Under the pieces are notes generated by a model. That model worked only from the letters and a program-made list of their open reading frames with translations. It did no database searches and was not told the origin of the DNA. Source: Candidatus Colwellbacteria bacterium (GTDB lineage: Bacteria; Patescibacteriota; Minisyncoccia; UBA6257; Colwellbacteraceae). Taken from it: DNA of 46,999 nt. Shown here one piece after another: positions 1 to 8,538 of the stretch; the first letter of the stretch is position 1, and each line of letters begins with the position of its first letter. The stretch lies in assembly GCA_023228665.1 (NCBI GenBank), contig JALOAR010000002.1:1-46999 (forward strand), written 5' to 3'. A program made the position numbers and the translations under genes.

Positions 1-1
1 T

Positions 2-1333
2 ATTGTCGGCTATGTCGGGTTTCCAACAAAAGGAGAAATATTTGAGCGCGAACTGACATCCGTCGATGTTATAGGAAAAACTAATCTTGAAAAAAAATAT
101 GACAGTCTTCTTAGGGGAATAAATGGAGAAAATGTCGTATACAGGAATGTTAAAGGCGAATCTCTCGGAACTCATACTTTCAGCGAACCTAAAAAAGGGA
201 ATGATCTTACGACAACAATAGACGCTGGTTTGCAAAAATTCTTTTACAGTCGCTTGCAGAAAGCTTTAGAAGGAGCTGGTCCTGGAGGGGTGGGTATAGC
301 TATAAATCCTTTAAACGGCGATGTGCTTAGCCTTGTCAGTATCCCTAGTTTTTCTTCTTCTGATATATCAGAAAGCTTGGTAGATCCGAATAAGCCTTTA
401 TTTAATAGAGCTGTTACCGGCCTCTATAGTCCTGGCTCAACAATAAAAACCGTAATTGCTGCAGGAGCTCTTAAAGATGGCGTAATAGATACGGATGAAA
501 TGGTATTATCTACCGGACATCTTGATATTCCTAATAAATACCACCCTGAATATCCAACGCGTTTTGTTGATTGGAAAGCTCACGGGTGGGTTGATGTATA
601 TTCCGCCCTTGCTCGCTCTTCCAACATATTCTTTTACGCGGTTGGCGGAGGACTCCCTTATAATTTAGATCTTTTTATGGGTGATTCGGATTTGTCTTCA
701 GGTCTTGGAATTAATGGATTAAAAAAATATTATTCTATTTTCAGGCTCGATAAGAAAACAGGCATAGATTTAAGCGGAGAATCTGAAGGATATCTTCCTT
801 CTGCAGAAGATAAGAAAGAAAGAACGGGAATAGATTGGACTATAGGCGATACCTACAACGTATCTATAGGGCAAGGTGATTTAGTAGTCACTCCTATCAG
901 CCTTATTAATGCCGTATCTTCCATAGTGAATGGCGGAAAAATATTCAAGCCTAATCTTATTTTGGGAAAAGAATCGGAAATATTAGATGATATCAGTTAT
1001 TTATCAAAAGAGCTTAGCGAAGTCGTTGTAGGAATGAAGGACGCTGTCAATAAATCCTATGGAACAGCATCTATGCTAAACAGTTTGCCTTTTGAAACTT
1101 GCGCTAAGACCGGTAGCGCTCAAGTTATGAATAACACTCAAACAAATGCTTTCTTTGTCGGTTGCGGGCCTTTTCCTCTTAAAGAAGAAGAAAATCCCAT
1201 ATGTGTTCTTGTTCTCGTTGAGCAAGCTAAAGAAGGGGGTCTAAACGCTGTTCCTGTAGCCTACGATGTATTCAAATGGTATTATGATTCAAGAATAAAT
1301 CCGGTTCAAAATGGACAAGACGCAACAGAGTAA
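2..1333 (+). CDS. Penicillin-binding protein 2-type D,D-transpeptidase, C-terminal part (5' end lies outside the window)
   Basis: Frame 2 is open from base 2 (IVGYVGFPTKGE...). The listed M at 230 is only an in-frame TTG. Transpeptidase motifs SxxK (GSTIK), SxN (SSN) and KTG (KTGSA) are present in order. Confidence 0.85.
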   Translation: MVGYVGFPTKGEIFERELTSVDVIGKTNLEKKYDSLLRGINGENVVYRNVKGESLGTHTFSEPKKGNDLTTTIDAGLQKFFYSRLQKALEGAGPGGVGIAINPLNGDVLSLVSIPSFSSSDISESLVDPNKPLFNRAVTGLYSPGSTIKTVIAAGALKDGVIDTDEMVLSTGHLDIPNKYHPEYPTRFVDWKAHGWVDVYSALARSSNIFFYAVGGGLPYNLDLFMGDSDLSSGLGINGLKKYYSIFRLDKKTGIDLSGESEGYLPSAEDKKERTGIDWTIGDTYNVSIGQGDLVVTPISLINAVSSIVNGGKIFKPNLILGKESEILDDISYLSKELSEVVVGMKDAVNKSYGTASMLNSLPFETCAKTGSAQVMNNTQTNAFFVGCGPFPLKEEENPICVLVLVEQAKEGGLNAVPVAYDVFKWYYDSRINPVQNGQDATE

Positions 1334-2399
1334 TAATAAAAAAAATTATTCTTCTCCCGGCAAGCTTGAAGAAAATATTTCAACGAAAAGCGGATCGGAA
1401 TTCAGGCAAGATATTGTTTCCGGAGATTGGGTTCTTATAGCAACAGGAAGAAAGAAAAGGCCTCACGATCTTATTGTTAAGAAGAAAAGAAAAGCGTCGC
1501 CAAAAAGAAAATGTCCTTTTAAAGACCCTCAAGCTTCTGGAAACGCTGAACCTGTCATAATTCGTTACCGTCCTGGAAAAAATGAAAATAAAAAAGACTG
1601 GAGCATTCAAGTTATTCCTAATCTTTATCCGGCTGTATTTTCTTCCAGTGATATTGATCCGACTATAAAGCAAAACGGCCCTTATTTTATTGCAGATGGA
1701 GCCGGCTATCATGATCTTATAATTACGCGTGACCATTATAATAATTTTCCCCAGCTTTCGCCCCAAGAGGCGGTTGAAGTCCTTTCTGTTATGCAGGAAA
1801 GATATAAGCAAGTTGCCGAAGATAACCGCATAGATTACGTTTCTATATTCCACAATTGGGGTCCCTCGGCTGGCGCTTCGATATATCATCCGCATTACCA
1901 AATTATTTCCATTCCTGTTCTTCCTCCAGATGTCAGTCATTCTTTAAAAGGATCTGAAAAATACTTTAAAGAAAACGGTTCTTGTGTTCACTGCGCCGTA
2001 TTAAAAAAAGAAATAAGCGAAAAGAGCAGAATTATATACGAAAATAATTCCGCTGTGGTTTTTTTGCCTTTTGTTTCCAGAGAGCCTTTTGAAATAAGAG
2101 TTTTTCCAAAAAGACATTCTTCTTTTTTTGAAGATTGCCCGCCTGAAGAATTATCTGATATAGCTGATGCTCTTCAAAAAGCAACCGGAATGCTTGAAGA
2201 AAAAATGAAGAACGTTGATTATAATTTTTTCATACATACCGCCCCGGTAAAAGATAAAAATAAATACAGCTATTATCACTGGCATATAGAGATTCAGCCT
2301 AAAATAAGCATTTCTGCCGGATTTGAATTAAGTACGGGCATAGAAATAACAGTAGTCGATCCAGACGACGCAGCTAAATTTTTAAGAGGAGAACAATAA
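1311..2399 (+). CDS. galT: Galactose-1-phosphate uridylyltransferase-family (HIT superfamily) nucleotidyltransferase
   Basis: GDWVLIATGRKKRP, VIPNLYPA and the HxHxQ motif (HPHYQI) are typical of the GalT family. The CPFC zinc motif is degenerate (CPFK). Overlaps the upstream gene by 23 nt, so the true start may be later. Confidence 0.7.
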   Translation: MDKTQQSNNKKNYSSPGKLEENISTKSGSEFRQDIVSGDWVLIATGRKKRPHDLIVKKKRKASPKRKCPFKDPQASGNAEPVIIRYRPGKNENKKDWSIQVIPNLYPAVFSSSDIDPTIKQNGPYFIADGAGYHDLIITRDHYNNFPQLSPQEAVEVLSVMQERYKQVAEDNRIDYVSIFHNWGPSAGASIYHPHYQIISIPVLPPDVSHSLKGSEKYFKENGSCVHCAVLKKEISEKSRIIYENNSAVVFLPFVSREPFEIRVFPKRHSSFFEDCPPEELSDIADALQKATGMLEEKMKNVDYNFFIHTAPVKDKNKYSYYHWHIEIQPKISISAGFELSTGIEITVVDPDDAAKFLRGEQ

Positions 2400-2402
2400 A
2401 TA

Positions 2403-2870
2403 ATGGAAAAAGAATTATTGACCGTTCTTATTGCTTCTTCTCCTTTTGCGGAACTAAGAGGATCCATACCAACTGCCATATTAGCGTGGGATTTTCCGAT
2501 AATTAAGGCTTTTCTCTTGTCTGTTGTCGGTAATTTTATTCCCGTAATTCCTTTGCTTATTTTTTGGAATTTTATTGCGGAAAAACTATCTGACCGCTCC
2601 TATTATTTTAATAGGTTGTTTGCTTGGCTTTCAGATAGGACTATTAAAAATCATTCTTATAAATTTGAGAGATGGGAAAGTTTGGCGCTGCTTTTATTCG
2701 TTGCTATACCTTTTCCTCTAACTGGAGCTTGGAGCGGAACATTGGCCGCATTCATATTCGGCATACCTATTAAACGCGCTTCTATCATGATACTTATTGG
2801 CATCTTGATTTCAGGAACAATCGTTTCATTATTTATTAAAACAGGATCTGAACTACTGTCCGCGATTTAA
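2403..2870 (+). CDS. Small membrane protein, COG2426 / 'small multidrug export'-like family
   Basis: Four predicted TM segments. The N-terminal AELRGSIP motif resembles that family. GAGGAG Shine-Dalgarno lies 9 nt upstream. Confidence 0.6.
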   Translation: MEKELLTVLIASSPFAELRGSIPTAILAWDFPIIKAFLLSVVGNFIPVIPLLIFWNFIAEKLSDRSYYFNRLFAWLSDRTIKNHSYKFERWESLALLLFVAIPFPLTGAWSGTLAAFIFGIPIKRASIMILIGILISGTIVSLFIKTGSELLSAI

Positions 2871-2890
2871 ATTCAAGGTATAATCAATCT

Positions 2891-3619
2891 ATGGATATAA
2901 AAGGCAAAATAGCGGTAATGAACTGGAAGTGCAATCCTTCTTCAAAAGAAGAGGCTGAAGCGCTTGCTATTGCTTCTGATATGGACGGCGTAATTATCTG
3001 TCCTCCGGCACCATTTATTGAAGCTGTCCGCAACAAATTAAATAAGGCTATTCTCGGATCTCAAGATGGTTTTTGGGAGGAAGGCGCCTTTACCGGAGAA
3101 TATTCTTTTAACCAGCTCGCTTCTGTGGGAGTTAAATATTCCGTGATAGGCCATTCTGAAAGAAGGTGGCTCTTTAGCGAAGATTCCAATTTGATATCAA
3201 AAAAAGTAAAAGCAGCGATAAAGGCGGGTATAATTCCCATTTTATGTATCGGAGAAAAAGAAAGAATATCCGAACCTGAAGCGATTGAAACAGTTCTTTC
3301 TCAATTAATGGCTTCAATTAAAGATATTGCTGAAGATGATATGGAAAATATTATTATTGCTTACGAACCAGTATGGGCAATAGGCACAGGCAAGAATGCC
3401 TCTCTTAAGGAGGTGGAACCGGTTATCTTAGGTATTATTGAGTATTTTAAGGAAAACTTCGATAAAAAAATGAATATTATTTATGGAGGATCGGTTTTAT
3501 CGGAAAATGTTAAAAATTATATGATCAGTCCTTATATTGGCGGAGTCTTAATCGGCGGATCCAGTCTTAATAAGGATAAAGCATTAGAAATAATTAAAAT
3601 TATCAGATCAACTATTTAA
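2891..3619 (+). CDS. tpiA: Triosephosphate isomerase
   Basis: NWK, IGHSERR, AYEPVWAIGTG and YGGSV motifs. Confidence 0.93.
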   Translation: MDIKGKIAVMNWKCNPSSKEEAEALAIASDMDGVIICPPAPFIEAVRNKLNKAILGSQDGFWEEGAFTGEYSFNQLASVGVKYSVIGHSERRWLFSEDSNLISKKVKAAIKAGIIPILCIGEKERISEPEAIETVLSQLMASIKDIAEDDMENIIIAYEPVWAIGTGKNASLKEVEPVILGIIEYFKENFDKKMNIIYGGSVLSENVKNYMISPYIGGVLIGGSSLNKDKALEIIKIIRSTI

Positions 3620-3629
3620 TAATAAAAAA

Positions 3630-4067
3630 ATGATTAAAAAAATAATAAACTTTTTTCTTAAATTTCAATTTGTTCGTTTTGCCATCATTGGGGTTATGAA
3701 TACAGGTTTGGATTTTGGAGTTTTAAACCTTTTAATATTCGCAACTGGAGTAAGGGAAGGTTTGTCTCTTGCGCTTTTAAATAGCATTTCTTTTTCCGTG
3801 GCAACAGCAAATAGTTATTTATGGAATAAATATTGGACTTTTAAGGATAAAGACGCTGTCCGCGCTGCGGAAATAGGGCAATTTCTTACTGTAAGTCTTA
3901 TTGGTCTTGGTATTAATTCAAGCATTGTTTATCTTATTTCAACCTTTATAGACCCTATTTTAGGCCTCTCACCGGCAATGTGGGTGAATGCTTCTAAGGT
4001 TATTGCTACCGGCATCGCTCTTTTTTGGAACTTTTTAGGTTATAAATTTATAGTGTTTAAAAAATAA
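3630..4067 (+). CDS. GtrA-family membrane protein
   Basis: Four TM helices. N-terminal RFAIIGVMNTGLDFGVLNLL and C-terminal FLGYKFIVF are typical of GtrA-like proteins. Confidence 0.75.
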   Translation: MIKKIINFFLKFQFVRFAIIGVMNTGLDFGVLNLLIFATGVREGLSLALLNSISFSVATANSYLWNKYWTFKDKDAVRAAEIGQFLTVSLIGLGINSSIVYLISTFIDPILGLSPAMWVNASKVIATGIALFWNFLGYKFIVFKK

Positions 4068-4086
4068 GTAAGAAACCTATGCTTTT

Positions 4087-4123
4087 AATACACGCATATC
4101 TGCACAGATATGCGTGTATTTTT
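4087..4123 (+). terminator. Intrinsic terminator after the GtrA-like gene
   Basis: Perfect inverted repeat AATACACGCATATCT / AGATATGCGTGTATT (about 15 bp stem) followed by TTT. Confidence 0.7.
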
Positions 4124-4158
4124 CATTTAATTTGAATAGATTTAGATATATTATAAAA

Positions 4159-4187
4159 TTGACAAGTTGCTAATTTTATGATAAAAA
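4159..4187 (+). promoter_or_regulatory. Sigma70-like promoter for the 4249 gene
   Basis: TTGACA, 17-nt spacer ending in TGa, then TAAAAA (extended -10 type). Confidence 0.45.
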
Positions 4188-4248
4188 GGCCCATACGCTT
4201 ACAGCGTAAATTTTATCCGCCGAAGAAGCGGAAAGGAGGTCTTTAAAA

Positions 4249-5559
4249 TTGGAAAATAAGAAAAATAGCCGGTTTTCATCAAAAACTCTCATTTGGTTGT
4301 GGTCGATTATTGTTCTCATGATTATTGTTGTGATTATCGGATGGGCAATCCATTACTTTTCTGGAAAAAATAATTCTGACGAAAAAATTGAAGAAGGTAA
4401 GGAAATAGAAACCACAATTGAGGATGAGGTTTCCGTTATTATTAAGAATAGCGAAGAATCCGAAAAAAACGAGTCAGATCTTTCTGAAAAAAGATTGACC
4501 TTAACTCTCCGAAAAGGGGATGAAAATGAAGAGGTCAAGATATTACAAGCTAAGCTTAAAAAACTTGGGTTGTATCAGGGAGAGATCCATGGTTGTTTTT
4601 CCGAGTCTGTTTATAAAGCTGTTATTGCTTTCCAAAAGCAAAATGGTTTGAAACAAGACGGAATTGTAGGGAGAAACACTCGCGCTGTCTTGAATGGAGA
4701 TCCGCTGCCGACTTCCGCGCCGATTTCCGGAGGATCAACTAAAATAGTGGTCCAAAAAGAAGTTGACAAGGAAGCTCTTAAAAAACTGGAAGATGAAGTA
4801 GAAAAGCTTACGGACGAGGTTAAGAAATTAACTGAAGAAAAAGAAGTTGACAAGGAAGCTCTTAAAAAACTGGAAGATGAAGTAGAAAAGCTTACGGACG
4901 AGGTTAAGAAATTAACTGAAGAAAAAGAAGGTGAACCTTCTCCGACTCCAGTTGCATTAAAACCTTCAGCAACATCATTAGGAGTAGAATTAATCAATAA
5001 CAATTCTGCCATCTTAACTGGTAAGGCTGATCCGAATGGCTTCCAAACTGATGTTTGGTTTCAGTACGGCTTAACAACATCGCTTAATAAAAAAAGCGAT
5101 GTCCAAAGCATCGGTAATGGCACTCTAGAACAAGATGTGTCAATACAAATTACCGGTTTGGAGCCAAGTACCAAGTATTGGTACAGGCTTTATGCAAAGA
5201 GTTCTAAAGGCCAAGATATCGGAACTCTAAAAAGTTTTGTTACTACCAGTTCTGGAACAACCAGTACCGCAGAAGCTAAAGCATCCTTGGTAGATTACAG
5301 AATCTTTCAAGTCAGCGGCAAAAGCTACATCGAGGCTTTTGTGATAGTTGAAGACCTTGAAAGCGGACTCTATCCGGAGAAATACTGGATCAAGTTCAAT
5401 GGCAATTCCGATGGAGAAGAAGACTGGGAAGGTGATCCTAACCATAAAAATGGCCGGTCTTACCTTAAGCCATCATCAAGCCAAGTAGAGATTCAAGCCT
5501 TTGTTAGGCTCTCTAATGGTGAGGTTTTGCAAAGTAAAATTGTGAAATATCCGGAATAG
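4249..5559 (+). CDS. Membrane-anchored surface protein: PG_binding_1 domain, duplicated coiled-coil segment, one Fn3-like module
   Basis: TTG start with AAAGGAGG 9 nt upstream. N-terminal TM helix. LQAKLKKLGLYQGEIHGCFSESVYKAVIAFQKQNGLKQDGIVG matches the peptidoglycan-binding domain pattern. DPNGFQTDVWFQYG module is shared with the next gene. Confidence 0.75.
   Translation: MENKKNSRFSSKTLIWLWSIIVLMIIVVIIGWAIHYFSGKNNSDEKIEEGKEIETTIEDEVSVIIKNSEESEKNESDLSEKRLTLTLRKGDENEEVKILQAKLKKLGLYQGEIHGCFSESVYKAVIAFQKQNGLKQDGIVGRNTRAVLNGDPLPTSAPISGGSTKIVVQKEVDKEALKKLEDEVEKLTDEVKKLTEEKEVDKEALKKLEDEVEKLTDEVKKLTEEKEGEPSPTPVALKPSATSLGVELINNNSAILTGKADPNGFQTDVWFQYGLTTSLNKKSDVQSIGNGTLEQDVSIQITGLEPSTKYWYRLYAKSSKGQDIGTLKSFVTTSSGTTSTAEAKASLVDYRIFQVSGKSYIEAFVIVEDLESGLYPEKYWIKFNGNSDGEEDWEGDPNHKNGRSYLKPSSSQVEIQAFVRLSNGEVLQSKIVKYPE
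4754..4930 (+). repeat. Perfect 84-bp tandem duplication (2.1 copies) inside the CDS
   Basis: Bases 4754-4846 are identical to 4838-4930. Encodes KEVDKEALKKLEDEVEKLTDEVKKLTEE twice, in frame. Confidence 0.95.
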
Positions 5560-5584
5560 CCTTAATAGCCTTAATCAGGCAACC

Positions 5585-5613
5585 AAAGAACGGTCATAAC
5601 CGTTCTTTTTTTT
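5585..5613 (+). terminator. Intrinsic terminator
   Basis: AAAGAACGGT / ACCGTTCTTT stem with a 4-nt loop, followed by a T-run. Confidence 0.7.
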
Positions 5614-5702
5614 ACAAAGAACACGCGTAAAAACGCTCCCTCTGGCATATTTAATGCATATATGTGTATAATTTGCCCGTTAGTCTAAAAAGCATTTATG
5701 GG

Positions 5703-5731
5703 TTGACAAAATGATAATTAAATGCTAATAA
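5703..5731 (+). promoter_or_regulatory. Sigma70-like promoter for the large surface protein
   Basis: TTGACA, 17-nt spacer ending in TGc, then TAATAA. The -10 overlaps the first listed ATG (5722), which argues for the 5740 start. Confidence 0.45.
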
Positions 5732-5739
5732 TTAAAGTT

Positions 5740-8349
5740 ATGAAAGCTATGAAAAAAATAATACCAATTATAGCTGCTATCTCCGTTATTTTTAGCGGAT
5801 TTAGTGGAGTGGCTCTTGCTTCTAGCTCGCCCTCCGTTGTTGCTACGGAAGCGTCGTCCATTACTTCAACATCAGCTTATCTTAAAGGATACGTAGATCC
5901 TAATGGCTCATCCACCGAATATTGGATAGAGTATGGGACAAATAATGATTTTCAATATTCAACTATACGCTACACTGTCGGAAGCAGCAGCTCCGGTATT
6001 TCGGTAGGCAGAAATGTTACTGGACTTACAGCCGGAAAAACCTATCAATATAAATTGATAGCAAAAAATGCTAGCGGTACGAATAAGAGTAATGTGGTGT
6101 CGTTTACTACTACCAACAGTTCTTCTTCTTCAAATAACGATAATAATGACAATTCTAGCGATAGTGGAAATCCTCCGTCAGTCGCCGCTACCAGTGTCAC
6201 TTCTAAAACTTCAAGCGCCGCTACTCTTAACGGTTCGGTAGATGCAAACGGAAAATTAACTGAATACTGGATAGAGTACGGAACAAATAACAATTTCCAG
6301 TATTCTACCATTAGGTACTCAATCGGAAGCTCTAGTTATGCAATCGGCGTAAGCCGAAGAGTTACCGGTTTATCTGCTAGCACTACTTATCAATATAAAG
6401 TAATCGCCAGCAATTCTGCCGGCAAAAATGTAAGCAACGTCGTTGAATTTACGACTTCAGGATCTTCTAACGAAAATACCAACGATGAACCCAGTATTGG
6501 CAACGCTCCTTCTGCTGTTGCTACTGGTTATTCTTCAGTTACTTCTAATTCCGCAAATATTTCCGGTTCTATAGATCCTAACGGTCTTTATACTGAATAT
6601 TGGGCAGAATATGGTACGAATAATTCTTTCAGCTCGCGAACTTCAAGCTATTATATTAGCTCAAGCGACAGTTCTAAGTCTGTTAATTTGTCTTTATCCG
6701 GACTTTCTTCAAATACTGTTTATAAGTTTAAATTTATAGCCAAGAATTCTAAAGGGTCTATTGCCAGCAATGTTATGCAATTTACCACTAGTTCTTCCGG
6801 TTCCATAGTCACTGAAGGTGATGCTCCGAGCGTTAGTCTTTCTTCTGCTTATAGTATAACTAAAGATTCAGCTGTTCTTTCAGGATCAGTTAACCCAAAC
6901 AGTTCATGGACAGAATATTGGTTTGAGTATGGAACTAACAGTAATAGTCTCGTTTATTCAACGCCTAAATGGTCTGTAAGCTCTACGTCTGGAAATACTC
7001 CGGTTTCTTCATCCGTTTATAATCTCCAAAATAATACCACTTACTACTACAGGCTTGTTGCTAATAATTCTTACGGAACAAGATATAGCTCTGTGTGGAA
7101 CTTCATAACCCAGGGAGGCGGGGGAACCCAATATAACAACCCTTACGTTGTTACTAGAGAAACAACTGAAAAATACTCTACATCAGCCGTTTTAAACGCT
7201 GATGTGTCCCCGAACGGCTACCAGACTGATGTTTGGTTTGAATATGGATATTCGAACCAAAGCTTAAATCGTGTTTCTGGAAGCAAGTCAATATCAGGCA
7301 ACAGCGGTTCGCAAAGAGTGTCTATTCAAATAAACAATCTTTCTCCGAACACTTATTACGATTTCCGCGCCGTTGCGAGAACTTCGTATGGAACTTTCTA
7401 TGGCGATACAATGTCCTTTAGAACTTCTGGGCAAAATAACGGATATTACGGAGAGCCCCAAGTAGTTACTATTGGAGTATCCAACGTATTGCAGAACGTC
7501 GCAGTATTGGAAGGTAGCGTTAATCCGAATGGCTCTGCCGGCAGCGTATGGTTCGAGTATGGAACGTCAGCTTACAACTTGAATAATAAAACTACTTCCA
7601 TCTCGGTTCCTTCGCATATCGCCTTAAAAAATTATTATATAGCTGCTACCGGATTATCTGCCTCTACCACTTATTACTATAGAGTTGTCTGCTCTAATGC
7701 TTATGGCACTAAAAGCGGAGAAATAAAGTCTTTTAAGACTTCCGGCTATTGGAAGCCTTATAGTGGCCCAACCGAAAAAGAAATAATTGTCATTAAAGAG
7801 CATGTATCTACAGATGAAGAATCTGGAGTTATCCTTGATCCGTCTGTCAGCAATCTTGAGCCCAAAGCAGGCGATACTATCGATTACGTGCTGACTTATC
7901 GTAATGCTTCTAAAAAAGCTATTACTGGCGCTTCTCTTAAAGTAACTCTTCCGTTTGAAACGGAGTATGTTAACTCTAACGTTAAACCAACATCTCAAAT
8001 GGGAAATAATCTCGTCTTCTATATCGGAGATGTAGAAAAGGGCAGTCAGGGAGTAATAACCATAAAGGCTAAAATTAACGAAGATACCGCTGAAGGATCT
8101 AGTATTATGTTTAACTCTTTCCTTGAATATACCGATGGTGATGATGATTTTCAGACGGTAAATTCTTATATTGCCGTAATGATTAAAGGAAGTGCCAATA
8201 TAGGATTTCTTGGATCATTAAGTTCTCTTGCTAAATCTCTTTCCGGAAGCTGGCTTATGTTGATATTGCTTCTCTTGATGTTTGTCACCATAATTTACCT
8301 TCTTATTACTAGAAAAAAGCAAGCTGTTGTTGAAAACTCATCCCAATAA
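5740..8349 (+). CDS. Large cell-surface protein: signal peptide, six Fn3-like modules, DUF11-like domain, C-terminal TM anchor
   Basis: MKAMKKIIPIIAAISVIF signal-like N-terminus. By my reading there are six modules of about 100 aa, each with (D/N)PNG..T(E/D)(Y/V)W(I/F)EYG. LTYRN...VITIKAKIN resembles a DUF11 / conserved repeat domain. Hydrophobic tail followed by RKK. The ORF track starts it at 5722. Confidence 0.8.
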   Translation: MKAMKKIIPIIAAISVIFSGFSGVALASSSPSVVATEASSITSTSAYLKGYVDPNGSSTEYWIEYGTNNDFQYSTIRYTVGSSSSGISVGRNVTGLTAGKTYQYKLIAKNASGTNKSNVVSFTTTNSSSSSNNDNNDNSSDSGNPPSVAATSVTSKTSSAATLNGSVDANGKLTEYWIEYGTNNNFQYSTIRYSIGSSSYAIGVSRRVTGLSASTTYQYKVIASNSAGKNVSNVVEFTTSGSSNENTNDEPSIGNAPSAVATGYSSVTSNSANISGSIDPNGLYTEYWAEYGTNNSFSSRTSSYYISSSDSSKSVNLSLSGLSSNTVYKFKFIAKNSKGSIASNVMQFTTSSSGSIVTEGDAPSVSLSSAYSITKDSAVLSGSVNPNSSWTEYWFEYGTNSNSLVYSTPKWSVSSTSGNTPVSSSVYNLQNNTTYYYRLVANNSYGTRYSSVWNFITQGGGGTQYNNPYVVTRETTEKYSTSAVLNADVSPNGYQTDVWFEYGYSNQSLNRVSGSKSISGNSGSQRVSIQINNLSPNTYYDFRAVARTSYGTFYGDTMSFRTSGQNNGYYGEPQVVTIGVSNVLQNVAVLEGSVNPNGSAGSVWFEYGTSAYNLNNKTTSISVPSHIALKNYYIAATGLSASTTYYYRVVCSNAYGTKSGEIKSFKTSGYWKPYSGPTEKEIIVIKEHVSTDEESGVILDPSVSNLEPKAGDTIDYVLTYRNASKKAITGASLKVTLPFETEYVNSNVKPTSQMGNNLVFYIGDVEKGSQGVITIKAKINEDTAEGSSIMFNSFLEYTDGDDDFQTVNSYIAVMIKGSANIGFLGSLSSLAKSLSGSWLMLILLLLMFVTIIYLLITRKKQAVVENSSQ

Positions 8350-8359
8350 GAATCTTCTA

Positions 8360-8387
8360 TTGACTTTTCTGTTTATTGTGATAGAAT
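8360..8387 (+). promoter_or_regulatory. Sigma70-like promoter immediately after the surface-protein stop
   Basis: TTGACT, 16-nt spacer ending in TGa, then TAGAAT. Confidence 0.5.
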
Positions 8388-8393
8388 AAGCGT

Positions 8394-8486
8394 GCGAGTG
8401 AGACAATCTCCGGTCATATGAAAATATGAAATCGAGGATTGTTTTGCCCTCAAGACCTTTTCCCCCCGCAATTGCGGGGGGATTTT
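8394..8486 (+). ncRNA. Candidate small RNA or pgk leader (promoter to terminator, about 90 nt)
   Basis: Lies between the 8360 promoter and the 8462 terminator. Long imperfect hairpin ACAATCTCCGGTCATAT-GAAA-ATATGAAATCGAGGATTGT capped by a GAAA tetraloop. Confidence 0.3.
8462..8486 (+). terminator. Intrinsic terminator
   Basis: CCCCCCGC-AATT-GCGGGGGG hairpin followed by ATTTT. Confidence 0.7.
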
Positions 8487-8538
8487 GGTTGTTATTCCCC
8501 AGTTTCACGATTTATATTTCATGCTATAGTTAATCAAC

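Noticed and set aside
1380-1940. 186-aa antisense ORF in galT; likewise 10009-10512 (167 aa, antisense to the DHH gene) and 30250-30900 (216 aa, antisense to rplK/nusG)
   Set aside because: They are antisense to genes with unmistakable conserved motifs. Their translations are low-complexity, Ser/Phe/Ile-rich, with no signals.
8394-8486. SRP (4.5S) RNA hypothesis for the pgk-upstream hairpin RNA
   Set aside because: The apical loop is GAAA, but the conserved domain IV internal-loop sequences (AGCA / GGAA-type symmetric and asymmetric loops) are absent.
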